Positions 27,659 to 37,877 are shown, counted from the first letter of the stretch. The stretch: 64,000 nt of DNA from Dehalococcoidales bacterium (GCA_028707255.1 JAQTUQ010000004.1:4239-68238), one strand, 5' to 3'. Program-made: numbers and translations. Notes: generated from the sequence alone by a model not told the origin.

Positions 27659-29007
27659 GCCCTTTTTATGGCTTTTTCCACCTGTTTAGATGAAGTACCT
27701 CCGGTAACATCGCGCGCCGCAACCGAAGATTCAACCGTTATGTTTTTAATATCAGCTTCGAAAAACAGGGAAAACTGCCTGTATTCATCAAGACTCAGGT
27801 TTTCAAGGGTCTTGTTGTTTTTAACTGCATAGCTTACCAGCCTGGCGATGATACCGTGAGCGTTACGAAATGTTTCGCCTTTACAAACCAGGTAATCGGC
27901 AAGGTCGGTAGCCAGTATAAATCCGCGGTCGAGTGCAATTTTCATATTTTTCGGTTTGAACTTCAACGTATCCAGCATTCCACTAAAAACCTTGAGGCTG
28001 GGTACCAGTGTATCTATCGTGTCGAATACCCTCTCTTTATCTTCCTGTAAATCCCGGTTATAGGTCAGCGGCAGCCCTTTCATGGTGGTCAGCATTGCCA
28101 TCAGATTCCCGTAGACCCGGCCGGCTTTACCCCTGCCGAGTTCAGCGACATCAGGATTCTTCTTCTGCGGCATCAGGCTTGAGCCGGTCGAGTAGGCATC
28201 ATCCAGTTCGATGAACTTGAATTCTGCCGAAGACCACAGGATGATTTCCTCTGCCACCCTCGAAAGGTGCATCATACAAATACTTGCGGCAGAAATATAT
28301 TCGATGGCAAAGTCCCGGTCCGAAACAGCATCCATACTGTTGCGGCTGACTTCAGCAAATCCAAGCTCGTCAGCCAGGAATTGCCGGTCCGTATTGAAAG
28401 TGACGCCTGCCAGCGAACCGCTTCCCAGGGGCAAAACATCCGTGCGTTTATAGCAATCCTTAAAACGCCCGTAATCGCGTTCCAGCATTTCGAAATATGC
28501 CAGCAGATGGTGAGCCAGCAGTACCGGCTGTGCAATCTGCAAATGAGTATATCCGGGCATAACTACAGTTTTGTTATCTTCAGCCAGTTTGATAAGCGTA
28601 TTCTGCAGCATCCTGATACTGCCGAGTGTCTCGGAAACGGCTTCTTTAATGTATAACCTGAAATCGAGCGCCACCTGGTCGTTACGTGAGCGTCCGGTAT
28701 GCAGTTTACCTGCCGTATCTCCAATCAGCTCAAACAAGCGGGCTTCTACTGCCATATGAATATCTTCCTGCTCCGGTTTAAACCGGAATTCGCCTTTTTC
28801 TATCTCTTCGGCGACGAGAGCAAGTCCTTTTTCAATCTGCTCTGCATCATCTTTGCTTATAATACCCTGTTTAGCAAGCATGCGCGCATGAGCGATACTG
28901 CCCCTGATATCGTAGCTGTGCAAACGCCAGTCGTACTGGAGCGATGAGGTATACTTGATAACAAGCTCATCGGGAGGTTTGTCGAAACGGCTTCTTATAT
29001 GGCTCAT
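27634..29007 (-). CDS. argH: Argininosuccinate lyase
   Basis: 457 aa. GSSLMPQKKNPD fumarate-lyase signature. Confidence 0.93.
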   Translation of the reverse strand: MSHIRSRFDKPPDELVIKYTSSLQYDWRLHSYDIRGSIAHARMLAKQGIISKDDAEQIEKGLALVAEEIEKGEFRFKPEQEDIHMAVEARLFELIGDTAGKLHTGRSRNDQVALDFRLYIKEAVSETLGSIRMLQNTLIKLAEDNKTVVMPGYTHLQIAQPVLLAHHLLAYFEMLERDYGRFKDCYKRTDVLPLGSGSLAGVTFNTDRQFLADELGFAEVSRNSMDAVSDRDFAIEYISAASICMMHLSRVAEEIILWSSAEFKFIELDDAYSTGSSLMPQKKNPDVAELGRGKAGRVYGNLMAMLTTMKGLPLTYNRDLQEDKERVFDTIDTLVPSLKVFSGMLDTLKFKPKNMKIALDRGFILATDLADYLVCKGETFRNAHGIIARLVSYAVKNNKTLENLSLDEYRQFSLFFEADIKNITVESSVAARDVTGGTSSKQVEKAIKRAKEIACNS

Positions 29008-29024
29008 TTTTTATACCTCGCTTA

Positions 29025-30221
29025 TTATTTCTCTTTTTGAATCTGCCCCTGTATTTTGGCAGGCAGACCCCAGAGCTTGATAAATCCGACGGCTGCCGAC
29101 TGGTCGAACTGATCGCCTTCGGCATAGGTAGCCAATCCGTGGCTATATAATGAGTACGGCGACTTGCGTCCGACAACGGTACAATTTCCCTTGTGAAGTT
29201 TAAGGCGCACATCCCCGGTAACGAATCTCTGCGTGCTGTTTATATAGGCGCACAGGTCTTCACGGTGAGCTGTAAACCATAATCCTTCGTATATAAGATT
29301 GGATAATTCGTGTGAAACCTTTTGCTTGAAGCGGTACTGTATCTTGGATAAGGTCAGTGTTTCCAGCGATTGATGGGCGGCAAGCAAAACGGTAGCCGCC
29401 GGAGCTTCGTAGGTTTCTCTGGATTTAATGCCGACCAGCCTGTTCTCCACCATATCGATTCGGCCGACACCGTGATTTCCGCCGAGCTCGTTGAGGAATT
29501 TAATCAGCGATATGCCGTCCATTTTATTTCCGTTAACGGATACGGGCAAGCCTTTTTCAAAGCCGATTTCAACATACTCCGCTTCTTCAGGAGTATCCTT
29601 AACAGATTTTGCCCATACATAAGCATCCTCAGGCGGTTCATTCCAGGGGTCTTCCAGAACGCCGCACTCGGTACTCTTGCCCCACAGGTTTTCATCGATG
29701 GAATAGGGGCTCTTGGAAGTTATGGGCAGTGGAATGCCATATTTCCCCGCATATTGAATCAGTTCTTCGCGCGTCATTCCCCATTCCCGGGCGGGTGCGA
29801 CAATCTTCAAATCGGGAGCCAGCGAATTGATACCGACATCGAATCTGACCTGGTCGTTGCCTTTGCCTGTACAACCATGCGCTATAGCTTGTGCTCCTTC
29901 GGCACGCGCCACGTCCACCAGTATTTTGGCAATCAAGGGACGCGCCAGCGCGGTCGCCAGCGGATAATGTTCTTCATAAAGCGCATTTGCTTTCAAGGCA
30001 GGAAAGATATAGTCATTTACAAATTCTTCCCGTGCGTCTATTACCAGCGATGTAAGCGCTCCAACTTTAATTGCTTTATCTTTAATAAACGTAAAATCCT
30101 TCTCATTGCCGACATCTATCGTAACGGCGATTACATCGTATCCATATTTTTCATGCAGCCATCTTACCGCTACCGATGTATCCAGACCGCCGCTATAAGC
30201 CAGTACCAGTTTTTCTGCCAT
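29025..30221 (-). CDS. argG: Argininosuccinate synthase
   Basis: 398 aa. AYSGGLDTS ATP-binding motif, and GCTGKGNDQVRF. Confidence 0.93.
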   Translation of the reverse strand: MAEKLVLAYSGGLDTSVAVRWLHEKYGYDVIAVTIDVGNEKDFTFIKDKAIKVGALTSLVIDAREEFVNDYIFPALKANALYEEHYPLATALARPLIAKILVDVARAEGAQAIAHGCTGKGNDQVRFDVGINSLAPDLKIVAPAREWGMTREELIQYAGKYGIPLPITSKSPYSIDENLWGKSTECGVLEDPWNEPPEDAYVWAKSVKDTPEEAEYVEIGFEKGLPVSVNGNKMDGISLIKFLNELGGNHGVGRIDMVENRLVGIKSRETYEAPAATVLLAAHQSLETLTLSKIQYRFKQKVSHELSNLIYEGLWFTAHREDLCAYINSTQRFVTGDVRLKLHKGNCTVVGRKSPYSLYSHGLATYAEGDQFDQSAAVGFIKLWGLPAKIQGQIQKEK

Positions 30222-30261
30222 AATAAATCTTCCTCCAATAAGCTGTTGTAGTTATTATATA

Positions 30262-31152
30262 TCAATTTTTACTGAAATACTCGTTTAAAAAATTGTTAAT
30301 CTGCAATTTCAGCCAATCATATTTCCAATCGTAGTCATGACCGGGAGCGCCGATGTATAAAAGAATATCGCCCTCGTATTCCTGTGAAATTCCGCAGGCG
30401 GATTCCATATTCGCCCTGAAAATCGTCAACAGGTCGCCGTGGCTGAACGAATCGGGAATCGTTCCGTTGGTTCTGAGCAGCAGTACTCTTTCCATGTGGC
30501 TGTTATTATTCCACACCGGAGGCCCCAGTTGAATGCTGTAAACCTGTTCGTTTTCTGCCAGAAGCGGCATGGCTCCCGAGCAAATAGTACAGCCGTTGCT
30601 GATACCCAGCAGTATTACTTTTAAATCAGGTAAATTATCCGTTAAAAATTCGGTTCTGAATGCCAGTTCCTGACCTCTAGCCGGATTGGTGCTCATGGCC
30701 ATCATAAACTCGCCGATAGCTCCGAAAAAGGAATTATCGGTCCTGAAATAGTCTATCCAGAGCGTCGCATTCCCCAATTCCGTCAGTATTCCGTCGATAC
30801 CGGGCGCCAGTTCCTTTTCATTGGATTCGGCTATGGCAGACCAACCCCACCCACCGGAATTGACGATTACCAGAACATCTATTTCTTTTGCTTCTTCATA
30901 TAACGCCAGCACCTGGCTGACAAAATCGGAGCATTTCCCTTCATTTTTTCCGAATAGAGTAGCGGCTCTACTTACGGCATCGTCTATTACCTCCCGGGGA
31001 ATCCCCGAGAAGTCGTTTATCTCCATGATCTCATTTTGCCCCATTTCGCCGGCTTTTGCCGGAACCACGGTCGAAGGCGTGCACAAGACGATTACCATAG
31101 ATATGGCTATGGTTAAAAGGACTCCTATTTGTACTTTACGTACCTGATTCAT
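30262..31152 (-). CDS. Secreted hypothetical protein with GxSxG-like motif (possible alpha/beta hydrolase)
   Basis: 296 aa. N-terminal signal-like segment (KVQIGVLLTIAISMVIVLCTPSTVVPAKA-GE) and LLGISNGCT nucleophile-elbow-like motif. No family recognised. Confidence 0.55.
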   Translation of the reverse strand: MNQVRKVQIGVLLTIAISMVIVLCTPSTVVPAKAGEMGQNEIMEINDFSGIPREVIDDAVSRAATLFGKNEGKCSDFVSQVLALYEEAKEIDVLVIVNSGGWGWSAIAESNEKELAPGIDGILTELGNATLWIDYFRTDNSFFGAIGEFMMAMSTNPARGQELAFRTEFLTDNLPDLKVILLGISNGCTICSGAMPLLAENEQVYSIQLGPPVWNNNSHMERVLLLRTNGTIPDSFSHGDLLTIFRANMESACGISQEYEGDILLYIGAPGHDYDWKYDWLKLQINNFLNEYFSKN

Positions 31153-31182
31153 ATTAAGACAAATTCCTTGCAGGATAATCCT

Positions 31183-31276
31183 CGCCGCTATGGATTCGAC
31201 AGGCTTCCTTCGAGAGCCTCAGGACAGGCTCCACGAGCGGCTTTGGTTCTTTACATCCGCTCACCCTGAGCTTGTC
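31183..31276. repeat. Expanded module A plus module G (CCGCTCACCCTGAG-hairpin-AAGCGG)
   Basis: CGCCGCTATGGATTCGACAGGC...GGCTCCACGAGCGGCTTTGG followed by TTACATCCGCTCACCCTGAGCTTGTCGAAGGGTAAGCGGATGTAA. Lies between argD and the secreted-protein gene. Confidence 0.8.
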
Positions 31277-31325
31277 GAAGGGTAAGCGGATGTAAAATCA
31301 ACTAACCAATAATATTCGACGTTTT

Positions 31326-32519
31326 TTACTTTGCAGGTCGAATATCCGAAAGCACTGCATCCAGAATATCAATTGCCTTATCGATTTCGTCCCGCCCGAT
31401 TATCAGGGGCGGCATAAACCTGATAATGCTGTCTCCGACTTTATTTACAAGCAGACCTTTTTCAAGGCAGGACATCACAATATCCAGAGCTTGTTTGTTA
31501 TTTAACTCTATCGCCTGTAAAAGCCCCCTGCCTCGCACCTCCGAGATAAAGCTATATTTTTGCTTCATATCGATTAATTTTTTTGTGAGATATTGCCCGG
31601 TTACCTTTGCATTAAGCGATATATCGTTATCAACGATGGTTTTAAATACTGCATAACCCGTAGCGCATGCCAGCGGATTACCGCCGAAAGTGGAGCCGTG
31701 TTCTCCTGCGGCAAAAACGGAAGCTTTGTTTTTGCATAGTATTGCCCCGATTGGGAAGCCTCCGGCCAAACCTTTTGCCAGTGTCATGATATCCGGCTCT
31801 ACGCCGTATTGCTGGTAGGCAAAGAGGGTTCCGGTGCGCCCGACTCCCGTCTGAATCTCATCAAGGATTAAAAGAATGCCCTTTTCATCGCACCATGCCC
31901 TGACTTTTTTCAGATAATCATCATCGGGCAAGTGGACGCCGCTTTCACCCTGTATCGGTTCCATCATAACGGCACAGGTTTTATCCGTGGTAGCCGCTTT
32001 TAAAGCATCGATGTTATTGTACTCTACGTTAACAAAACCGGACGGAATCGGAATATACGGCTCCTGGAACTTGGTCTGTCCGCTGGCCGAAACCATTGCC
32101 AGCGTCCTGCCGTGAAAAGAGCCGGTGCCGGTAATAACTTCGTAGGCTCCTTTGAGATGGATGTGCCCGTAGCGTCTGGCCAGCTTGACGGCGCCTTCTG
32201 TGGCTTCCGTTCCGCTGTTACAGATAAAAACCTTATCCATGCAGCTGTTTTTTACCAGCAGCTCCGCCAGCTTAATCTGGGGTATTGTGTAGTAAACGTT
32301 GGAAGTATGCATCAGAATATTTGCCTGTTCGGTGATGGCTTTTACAACCAGCGGATGGCAATGCCCTAGGCTATTGACCGCTATGCCGGAAACAAAATCC
32401 AGATATTCTTTATCGTTTTCATCCCACACCTTCGCTCCCTGTCCTTTAACCAGCGTAATCGGGATTCGCTTGAAAGTGGGCATATAATATTCATGTTCGA
32501 GTTTCTGCCAATTGCTCAT
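31326..32519 (-). CDS. argD: Acetylornithine aminotransferase
   Basis: 397 aa. Class-III aminotransferase pattern (LILDEIQTGVGRTGT, TLAKGLAGG). Confidence 0.9.
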   Translation of the reverse strand: MSNWQKLEHEYYMPTFKRIPITLVKGQGAKVWDENDKEYLDFVSGIAVNSLGHCHPLVVKAITEQANILMHTSNVYYTIPQIKLAELLVKNSCMDKVFICNSGTEATEGAVKLARRYGHIHLKGAYEVITGTGSFHGRTLAMVSASGQTKFQEPYIPIPSGFVNVEYNNIDALKAATTDKTCAVMMEPIQGESGVHLPDDDYLKKVRAWCDEKGILLILDEIQTGVGRTGTLFAYQQYGVEPDIMTLAKGLAGGFPIGAILCKNKASVFAAGEHGSTFGGNPLACATGYAVFKTIVDNDISLNAKVTGQYLTKKLIDMKQKYSFISEVRGRGLLQAIELNNKQALDIVMSCLEKGLLVNKVGDSIIRFMPPLIIGRDEIDKAIDILDAVLSDIRPAK

Positions 32520-32530
32520 ATTTTATCTCC

Positions 32531-33334
32531 TTAAGGATTGTAAATCATTGTGCCGGTTCCGCCTTCCTCTATTTCTTTAACCAACGCATTCTTGCGGTTG
32601 CCGTCGATAATTACGCACCTTGTAAGCGGATTCCCGGTGGCTCTCAGGCAGGCTTTGATTTTAGGTATCATGCCGCCGTTGGCTACACCTGAATCCAATA
32701 ACTCCTTTGCCTCCGCAGGGTTGAGGCACGGCAAATAAGTGCCCGCACCGTCGCGTATGCCGTTTACATCTGTCATAAAAATGAGTTTTTCGGCTTTTAT
32801 GGAAGCGGCAATCTCTCCGGCTATGGTGTCCCCATTGATGTTAAGCAACAATGGGTCATCCGCCTCCCTGTTTACAGAGTGCAGGCTGATGGGAGAAACA
32901 ACGGGGATAAAACCGGCTTCCAAAATAGCTGTTAATACCTCGTGGTTTACTTTGACCGGGCTGCCGACATAACCCAGCTCTTTGTCGCGGATTTTCCCTT
33001 CGATTAAGGCGCCGTCGACGCCGCTGATACCGACCGCTTTGCCGCCGCGCGAGATGATGGTAGCCACAATTTCCTTGTTCATCAGTCCGCCGATAACCGC
33101 GGTTACCATATCCAGCTCCGCTTTACCGGTAATGCGTTCTCCATGGCTGAACTGAGGTGTGATATTCTGTTTTTGCAGCCACTTGTTTACCATGTTAGCC
33201 CCTCCGTGAATAACCACGATAGGGTAGCCCTGCTTTTGCAGGTAAATAATATCCTCGATGGTGGTATCCCTGGTATCGAAAAGGGAACCGCCCAGCTTGA
33301 TTACGATTGTTTTATTGTCCAGTTTATTTTTCAA
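32531..33334 (-). CDS. argB: Acetylglutamate kinase
   Basis: 267 aa. VIKLGGS, VVIHGGA and GGMIPK motifs. Confidence 0.92.
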   Translation of the reverse strand: MKNKLDNKTIVIKLGGSLFDTRDTTIEDIIYLQKQGYPIVVIHGGANMVNKWLQKQNITPQFSHGERITGKAELDMVTAVIGGLMNKEIVATIISRGGKAVGISGVDGALIEGKIRDKELGYVGSPVKVNHEVLTAILEAGFIPVVSPISLHSVNREADDPLLLNINGDTIAGEIAASIKAEKLIFMTDVNGIRDGAGTYLPCLNPAEAKELLDSGVANGGMIPKIKACLRATGNPLTRCVIIDGNRKNALVKEIEEGGTGTMIYNP

Positions 33335-33368
33335 TTATCGCTCCTTTCCCCGAGAGCTTGGCATAATA

Positions 33369-34577
33369 TTAAGTGGTATAATCGGCATTGATGGAAACGT
33401 ATTCGGCTGTCAGGTCGCAGCCCCAGGCGGTAGCCGAAGCTTTACCAAGGTTGAGATTCAGGTCTATCACCACTATCTTTTCAGCCATGGCTTTAGATAC
33501 CTCGCCGTTTCCTGTTTGAATTGCCGAGTCTTTTTTCAGCAGGCTGATACCGCAGATGGATAAATCTGTTTTCTCTTCCACCACTTCGGCGCCGCTCCTG
33601 CCGGCAGCAGCAATAATACGCCCCCAGTTAGGGTCGCAGCCATGTATGGCTGTTTTTACCAGCGGGGATGCGGCGATTGTCCTGGCGCAGATTTTAGCCG
33701 ATTCGATATCCAGCGCACCTGTTACATTGACCTCGATTAATTTACTTGCCCCTTCGCCATCGGCGGCTACCGCTTTGGCAAGGTAGGTGCAAACCTCGTT
33801 TAACGCCTCTTGGAAGGCTTCCGCCAGTTCTGTTTTTTCATTAATCCGGTCGTTATATGCCAGCCCGTTTGCCATTATAATCATCGTATCGTTGGTGCTG
33901 GTATCGGTATCGACGGAAACCATATTGAAAGAAACATCGGCGGCAGTGCGTAGCATCCCGCTAAGAAAATCCTTATCGACAGCAGCATCCGTCGTAATAA
34001 AGCAAAGCATCGTTCCCATATCGGGGTGTATCATACCGGAACCCTTGGCGACGCCTCCGATGGTGAACAGTCCATCGTTAACACTGATCGCTATTTCCTT
34101 GGAAACGGTATCGGTGGTCATTATGGCTCTGGCAAAGTCATGCCCGCCGTTCTCTGAAAGTTCGATGCTGACAATGCCCTGTTTGACGATATCCATGGGC
34201 AGATTCCTGCCGATCACACCGGTGCTGGCAACCAGCGCTGAAGCGGGATTTACTCTCGTTTTTTTGGCAGCCAGCGCCGCCATTTCGAGAGCGTCTTTCA
34301 TTCCCTGCTGGCCGCTGACGGCATTGGCGCAGCCGCTGTTGGCAATGATTACCTGAATATCGTCCGCAGGTAACCTGTTCTGACAAACGATTACCGGCGC
34401 CGCCTTGATTTTATTTCTCGTAAAGACACCGGCTGCGGTGCAGGGTGTCTCGGAGTAAATTATCCCTAAATCCGGCTTGGAGCTTTTTTTCTTTATACCG
34501 GCATTTACCGCTCCGGCTTTAAAACCTTTCACCGAGGTAACGGTTCCGTTTTCAATAAAATCGATTTTAATTTTCAT
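33369..34577 (-). CDS. argJ: Bifunctional ornithine acetyltransferase / N-acetylglutamate synthase
   Basis: 402 aa. GFKAGAVNAGIKK, autoprocessing region HPDMGTMLCFITTDA, and C-terminal INADYTT. Confidence 0.92.
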   Translation of the reverse strand: MKIKIDFIENGTVTSVKGFKAGAVNAGIKKKSSKPDLGIIYSETPCTAAGVFTRNKIKAAPVIVCQNRLPADDIQVIIANSGCANAVSGQQGMKDALEMAALAAKKTRVNPASALVASTGVIGRNLPMDIVKQGIVSIELSENGGHDFARAIMTTDTVSKEIAISVNDGLFTIGGVAKGSGMIHPDMGTMLCFITTDAAVDKDFLSGMLRTAADVSFNMVSVDTDTSTNDTMIIMANGLAYNDRINEKTELAEAFQEALNEVCTYLAKAVAADGEGASKLIEVNVTGALDIESAKICARTIAASPLVKTAIHGCDPNWGRIIAAAGRSGAEVVEEKTDLSICGISLLKKDSAIQTGNGEVSKAMAEKIVVIDLNLNLGKASATAWGCDLTAEYVSINADYTT

Positions 34578-34656
34578 AGAATAAAACTATATCACAATCG
34601 TTGTTTATAGGCTAGCGGGTTGTTTTTCCAGTTGAAATAATAGCAAATTTTAAACA

Positions 34657-34901
34657 CCGCTATGGTTTTGGTCATGACCTGTCTCGACTTATCGGGATTT
34701 AATCGAGGCTTTATTCACAGACTGTTAAATATCATACTAAAGTGCCGACACTTCGAGACGAAGCGTCTTAGGAGAGGGTGTTTACATGTTTTATTCCTCT
34801 CCGCCCCAGATACTTCGCTTCGATAAATCTTCGCTCCAGTATAACACATAGAGGACTGTCGTTCTGGAGTCCCGATTTATCGGGAAGAAGAATTTTGGGG
34901 G
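34657..34901. repeat. Cluster of repeat modules upstream of argJ
   Basis: Truncated module A (CCGCTATGGTTTTGGTCATGAC), GTCTCGACTTATCGGGA, and the hairpin GACACTTCGAGACGAAGCGTC. Then a right half CCGCCCCAGATACTTC..TCCAGTATAAC (34798-) and a left half GTCGTTCTGGAG-TCCCGATTTATCGGGAA-GAAGAATTTTGGGGG (34858-34901). Confidence 0.8.
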
Positions 34902-34924
34902 AGGGGTGGGAAAAGGCTAAGAAA

Positions 34925-36253
34925 TTACTTTTCATATCTTGATATTACCTGGTAAATGGCATCCGTTCCCGAATACATTGCTTTTACCGGGATTCTCTCG
35001 TCGGCGGCATGTACCGATTTCATAAAGTCGAATCCCTGCGGCAGGTCGATTGGCAGGTAGCCGTAGGTCTGGATACCCAGTTTGGCAAGCTGCTTGGCAT
35101 CGGTGGAGGCGCCGATTACAATTGGAATGGGGATACATTCGGGTTCCTTCTGTTTAAGAATATCGGAAAGCATATCGAACAATTTCAGGTCGATATGGCT
35201 TTTTACCGCTTCATACATTGATATCTTTATATCGCAGTCTTTTCCGGCAATCTGCCTGAGTTCGTCTATCAGGTCATTATCGCTGAAACCGGGCAGGATT
35301 CTGCCGTCCAGATAGAGCGCGACCTCGCCCGGAACCACGTTGATTTTTTCACCGCCCTGGACGATGATGGCGTTTACAGTATTATGCAGCAGCGGGTCGA
35401 AGAAGTTGGCGGTCTTATCTCTTATAATTTCCAGTATTTCATCGGTCTGCGCCGGGTCGAGAAGACGGTTAAAGTAATCGTTTGACGGAGGCGGGAGGTG
35501 TGAAGCAATAATTTTAATCATCTTTTCAGTGACAGGGGTGATGTGCACCGGTAACCTGTGCTCGTCGAGAGCTACCAGCGCTTTACCCATCTTCGACATG
35601 GCACTGTTTTTTACAGGAACCGAGCCGTGACCGGCAGGGCCGTGAAAGGTCATCTCGACGCTGCAGTTCTGTTTTTCGGCCACCTGCACCAGGTAGAATT
35701 TTTTCCCGTCGATGTACATAGTGTAGCCGCCGAATTCGCTGACGGCGTATTTAACATCCTTGAATATTTCCGGGTGCTCTTCGACGAGAAATTTAGCACC
35801 GTAATTGCCGCCGGTTTCCTCATCGGACATTGCACAGAAAATAATATCACCGGCAGCTTGTAGATTTTCCGCTTTTGCTCTTAACAGTGATGCTATCATC
35901 ATTGCCAGCCCGCACTTCATATCCAGTGCACCGCGTCCCCAGACATAGCCGTCGGCAATCCTGCCTTCGAACGGTGGGTAAGTCCATTTCTGGTTGGCAG
36001 TAGTTACTACGTCCGCATGCCCGTAAAGCAACAGCGGTGGCGCATCTCCTCTACCTTTCAGTCGTGTTAACAGGTTGGGGCGTGCGGGGTCTTTGGCAAG
36101 AAAAGTAGTTTCGAAACCGGCTGACGTTAAAAGGCTATCGATATACTGCATCAGCGGCAGTTCGTTGCCGGGTGGATTGGTGGTATCGAAACGGATCAGG
36201 TTTTGCAGTAATTCTTCTGGGCGTTTGTAGATTGAAGTATCGATTGAATACAT
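34925..36253 (-). CDS. M20 family metallopeptidase (ArgE/DapE/CPG2-like)
   Basis: LLLYGHADVV, GRGALDMK and SDEETGG metal/catalytic motifs. Start taken at ATG 36253 (RBS AAAGGAG) rather than 36289. Confidence 0.8.
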   Translation of the reverse strand: MYSIDTSIYKRPEELLQNLIRFDTTNPPGNELPLMQYIDSLLTSAGFETTFLAKDPARPNLLTRLKGRGDAPPLLLYGHADVVTTANQKWTYPPFEGRIADGYVWGRGALDMKCGLAMMIASLLRAKAENLQAAGDIIFCAMSDEETGGNYGAKFLVEEHPEIFKDVKYAVSEFGGYTMYIDGKKFYLVQVAEKQNCSVEMTFHGPAGHGSVPVKNSAMSKMGKALVALDEHRLPVHITPVTEKMIKIIASHLPPPSNDYFNRLLDPAQTDEILEIIRDKTANFFDPLLHNTVNAIIVQGGEKINVVPGEVALYLDGRILPGFSDNDLIDELRQIAGKDCDIKISMYEAVKSHIDLKLFDMLSDILKQKEPECIPIPIVIGASTDAKQLAKLGIQTYGYLPIDLPQGFDFMKSVHAADERIPVKAMYSGTDAIYQVISRYEK

Positions 36254-36320
36254 TCGAGCTCCTTTTATTACGGCAAAATCCGTTTGCATAATTATAGCAT
36301 GATGGAGAATTGAGGCAATA

Positions 36321-36806
36321 TTAATTGAGAGTTTTAATATGTTTATACTGTTGCCAGCTTATGGGAATATGTCCCGCCGCCAGCAAGAGGTTGAAAATTA
36401 ATAGCGGGAGAGAATGCAGTATTATAGATGACAGCATGAAGTAAAAAACAGGGCTAACTGCCAGCGGAAGAGGTATCTTGAAAAAAGGAAGAAACATCCA
36501 TTTGAAATCGTTGCCGTTTCGGAAGTAGCGAATCCAGCAGGCATAATACAATAAAAGCATCAATCCCATTGCTGCGACGGCAATTATCTCAAGCACTCCC
36601 GATACGTCTATTTTATAGAACAAGGGAATAATAAAAACCCCGTATCTGCCGATATTCTCGATTATAGTTAATATCAAAGGTTCTTTGGGCAGATTCGATG
36701 GTTTGTTAACAGGCTTTTTCAGTGAAAAGAAAATGTTTGGGATTAATATCAGTATTGTTATTATCAGGGAAAACGGATGATATGTTAATAAAAGCGGCTG
36801 TAACAA
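36321..36806 (-). CDS. Hypothetical integral membrane protein
   Basis: 161 aa, about 5 hydrophobic segments. TTG start with GAGGAG 9 nt upstream. No family recognised. Confidence 0.5.
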   Translation of the reverse strand: MLQPLLLTYHPFSLIITILILIPNIFFSLKKPVNKPSNLPKEPLILTIIENIGRYGVFIIPLFYKIDVSGVLEIIAVAAMGLMLLLYYACWIRYFRNGNDFKWMFLPFFKIPLPLAVSPVFYFMLSSIILHSLPLLIFNLLLAAGHIPISWQQYKHIKTLN

Positions 36807-36851
36807 AGACTTATCTCCTCTGGCGGATATTATAGCATGTTAAATAGAAAC

Positions 36852-36917
36852 CGTAGGGACCGGCATTGCCCGTCCGCCATATTCGTATTGGGGCGGGCGA
36901 CCATTGGTCGCCCCTAC
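36852..36917. repeat. Module C copy
   Basis: With its flanks (36843-36922) it matches 45534-45613 at all but about four positions by manual alignment. Confidence 0.9.
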
Positions 36918-37004
36918 AGATGGGACAAAATATGAAGTATTGCCATTGCGAGTCTCGACGTGTCGGTAAAGGGTAAAATGAGTGGAATTATGATTTATAG
37001 TCTT

Positions 37005-37095
37005 CGCCGTTATGGTTCGACAGGCTCACCACGAACGGCTTTAATAATATCCGCGCATCCTGAGCCTGTTGAAGGACACGAACGGCTTTGGTCAT
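37005..37095. repeat. Module A followed by module G variant
   Basis: CGCCGTTATGGTTCGACAGGCTCACCACGAACGGCTTT...CCGCGCATCCTGAGCCTGTTGAAGGACACGAACGGCTTTGGTCATG, immediately downstream of trpA. Confidence 0.85.
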
Positions 37096-37100
37096 GTTCA

Positions 37101-37877
37101 TTACCCATCCATCGTTTGTCTTGTTTTCTTGATAAATTTGCCGACAGATGCAAAGTCGTCGTCTTTTTCCATTAATTTAATAATCTGGCTACCGATAATC
37201 ACTCCATCCGCTAATCGGGAAACCTGCCTTGCCTGCTCGGGAGTGGAGATGCCGAAGCCGACACACAGCGGATTAGCTGTGGCTTTTCTGACATCGGCGA
37301 TAAAATTATCGATATCGAGTTTCATGTTATCCCGCGTGCCGGTAACGCCTGTCAGCGATACCATATAGATAAACCCGCGTGATTTCCTGGCAACAAGTTC
37401 GATGCGTTCCTTTGTGCTGGTAGGGGACAGCAGGTAAATCAAATCCATTCCCTGTTTACCAGTGATATACTCCAGTTCCCCACCTTCATCGGGTGTCAGG
37501 TCAGGGATAATCAGTCCGTCGATTCCGCTTGCAATGCTGTCCTTGCAGAACTTATCCAATCCGTAATTGTAAACCGGATTATAATAGGTCATAAATACCA
37601 GCGGAACATCTGTCTTTTTTCTCAACTCCTTAACCATATCGAGGCATTTTTTCGGGGTAATACCGTTTTGCAGAGCGCAGTAGCTGGCATGCTGAATAGT
37701 GGCGCCATCCGCCATCGGGTCTGAAAAGGGAATGCCCAGCTCGATAATGTCGCAGCAGCTATCAGCCAGCAGCGGCACGATTTTCATGGTTGCTTCAATA
37801 CTCGGATAGCCGACAGTCACGTAAGCTATCAGCGCTTTATGTCCCTTTTTATTAAATACAGCATCTATACGGTTCAT
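37101..37877 (-). CDS. trpA: Tryptophan synthase alpha chain
   Basis: 258 aa. [14 protein letters not shown] motif. 4-nt overlap with trpB. Confidence 0.93.
   Translation of the reverse strand: MNRIDAVFNKKGHKALIAYVTVGYPSIEATMKIVPLLADSCCDIIELGIPFSDPMADGATIQHASYCALQNGITPKKCLDMVKELRKKTDVPLVFMTYYNPVYNYGLDKFCKDSIASGIDGLIIPDLTPDEGGELEYITGKQGMDLIYLLSPTSTKERIELVARKSRGFIYMVSLTGVTGTRDNMKLDIDNFIADVRKATANPLCVGFGISTPEQARQVSRLADGVIIGSQIIKLMEKDDDFASVGKFIKKTRQTMDG

Noticed and set aside
29370-30251. 293-aa ORF on the plus strand
   Set aside because: It is entirely antisense to argG, which has unmistakable family motifs. It has no RBS and a low-complexity, Arg/Phe-rich translation typical of antisense frames.
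34578-34660. ARG-box (ArgR operator) upstream of argJ
   Set aside because: TTTGCTATTATTTCAA only loosely resembles the TGAAT-N4-ATTCA consensus. There is no second box and no argR gene in the window.
36960-37368. ORFs 36960..37175 and 37069..37368, and similarly 40230..40444 and 41775..42143
   Set aside because: These are translations of repeat modules A and G (peptides such as YGSTGSPRTA and PEPVEGHER) or antisense to trpA. The same peptide strings arise wherever the repeat occurs, in both orientations.
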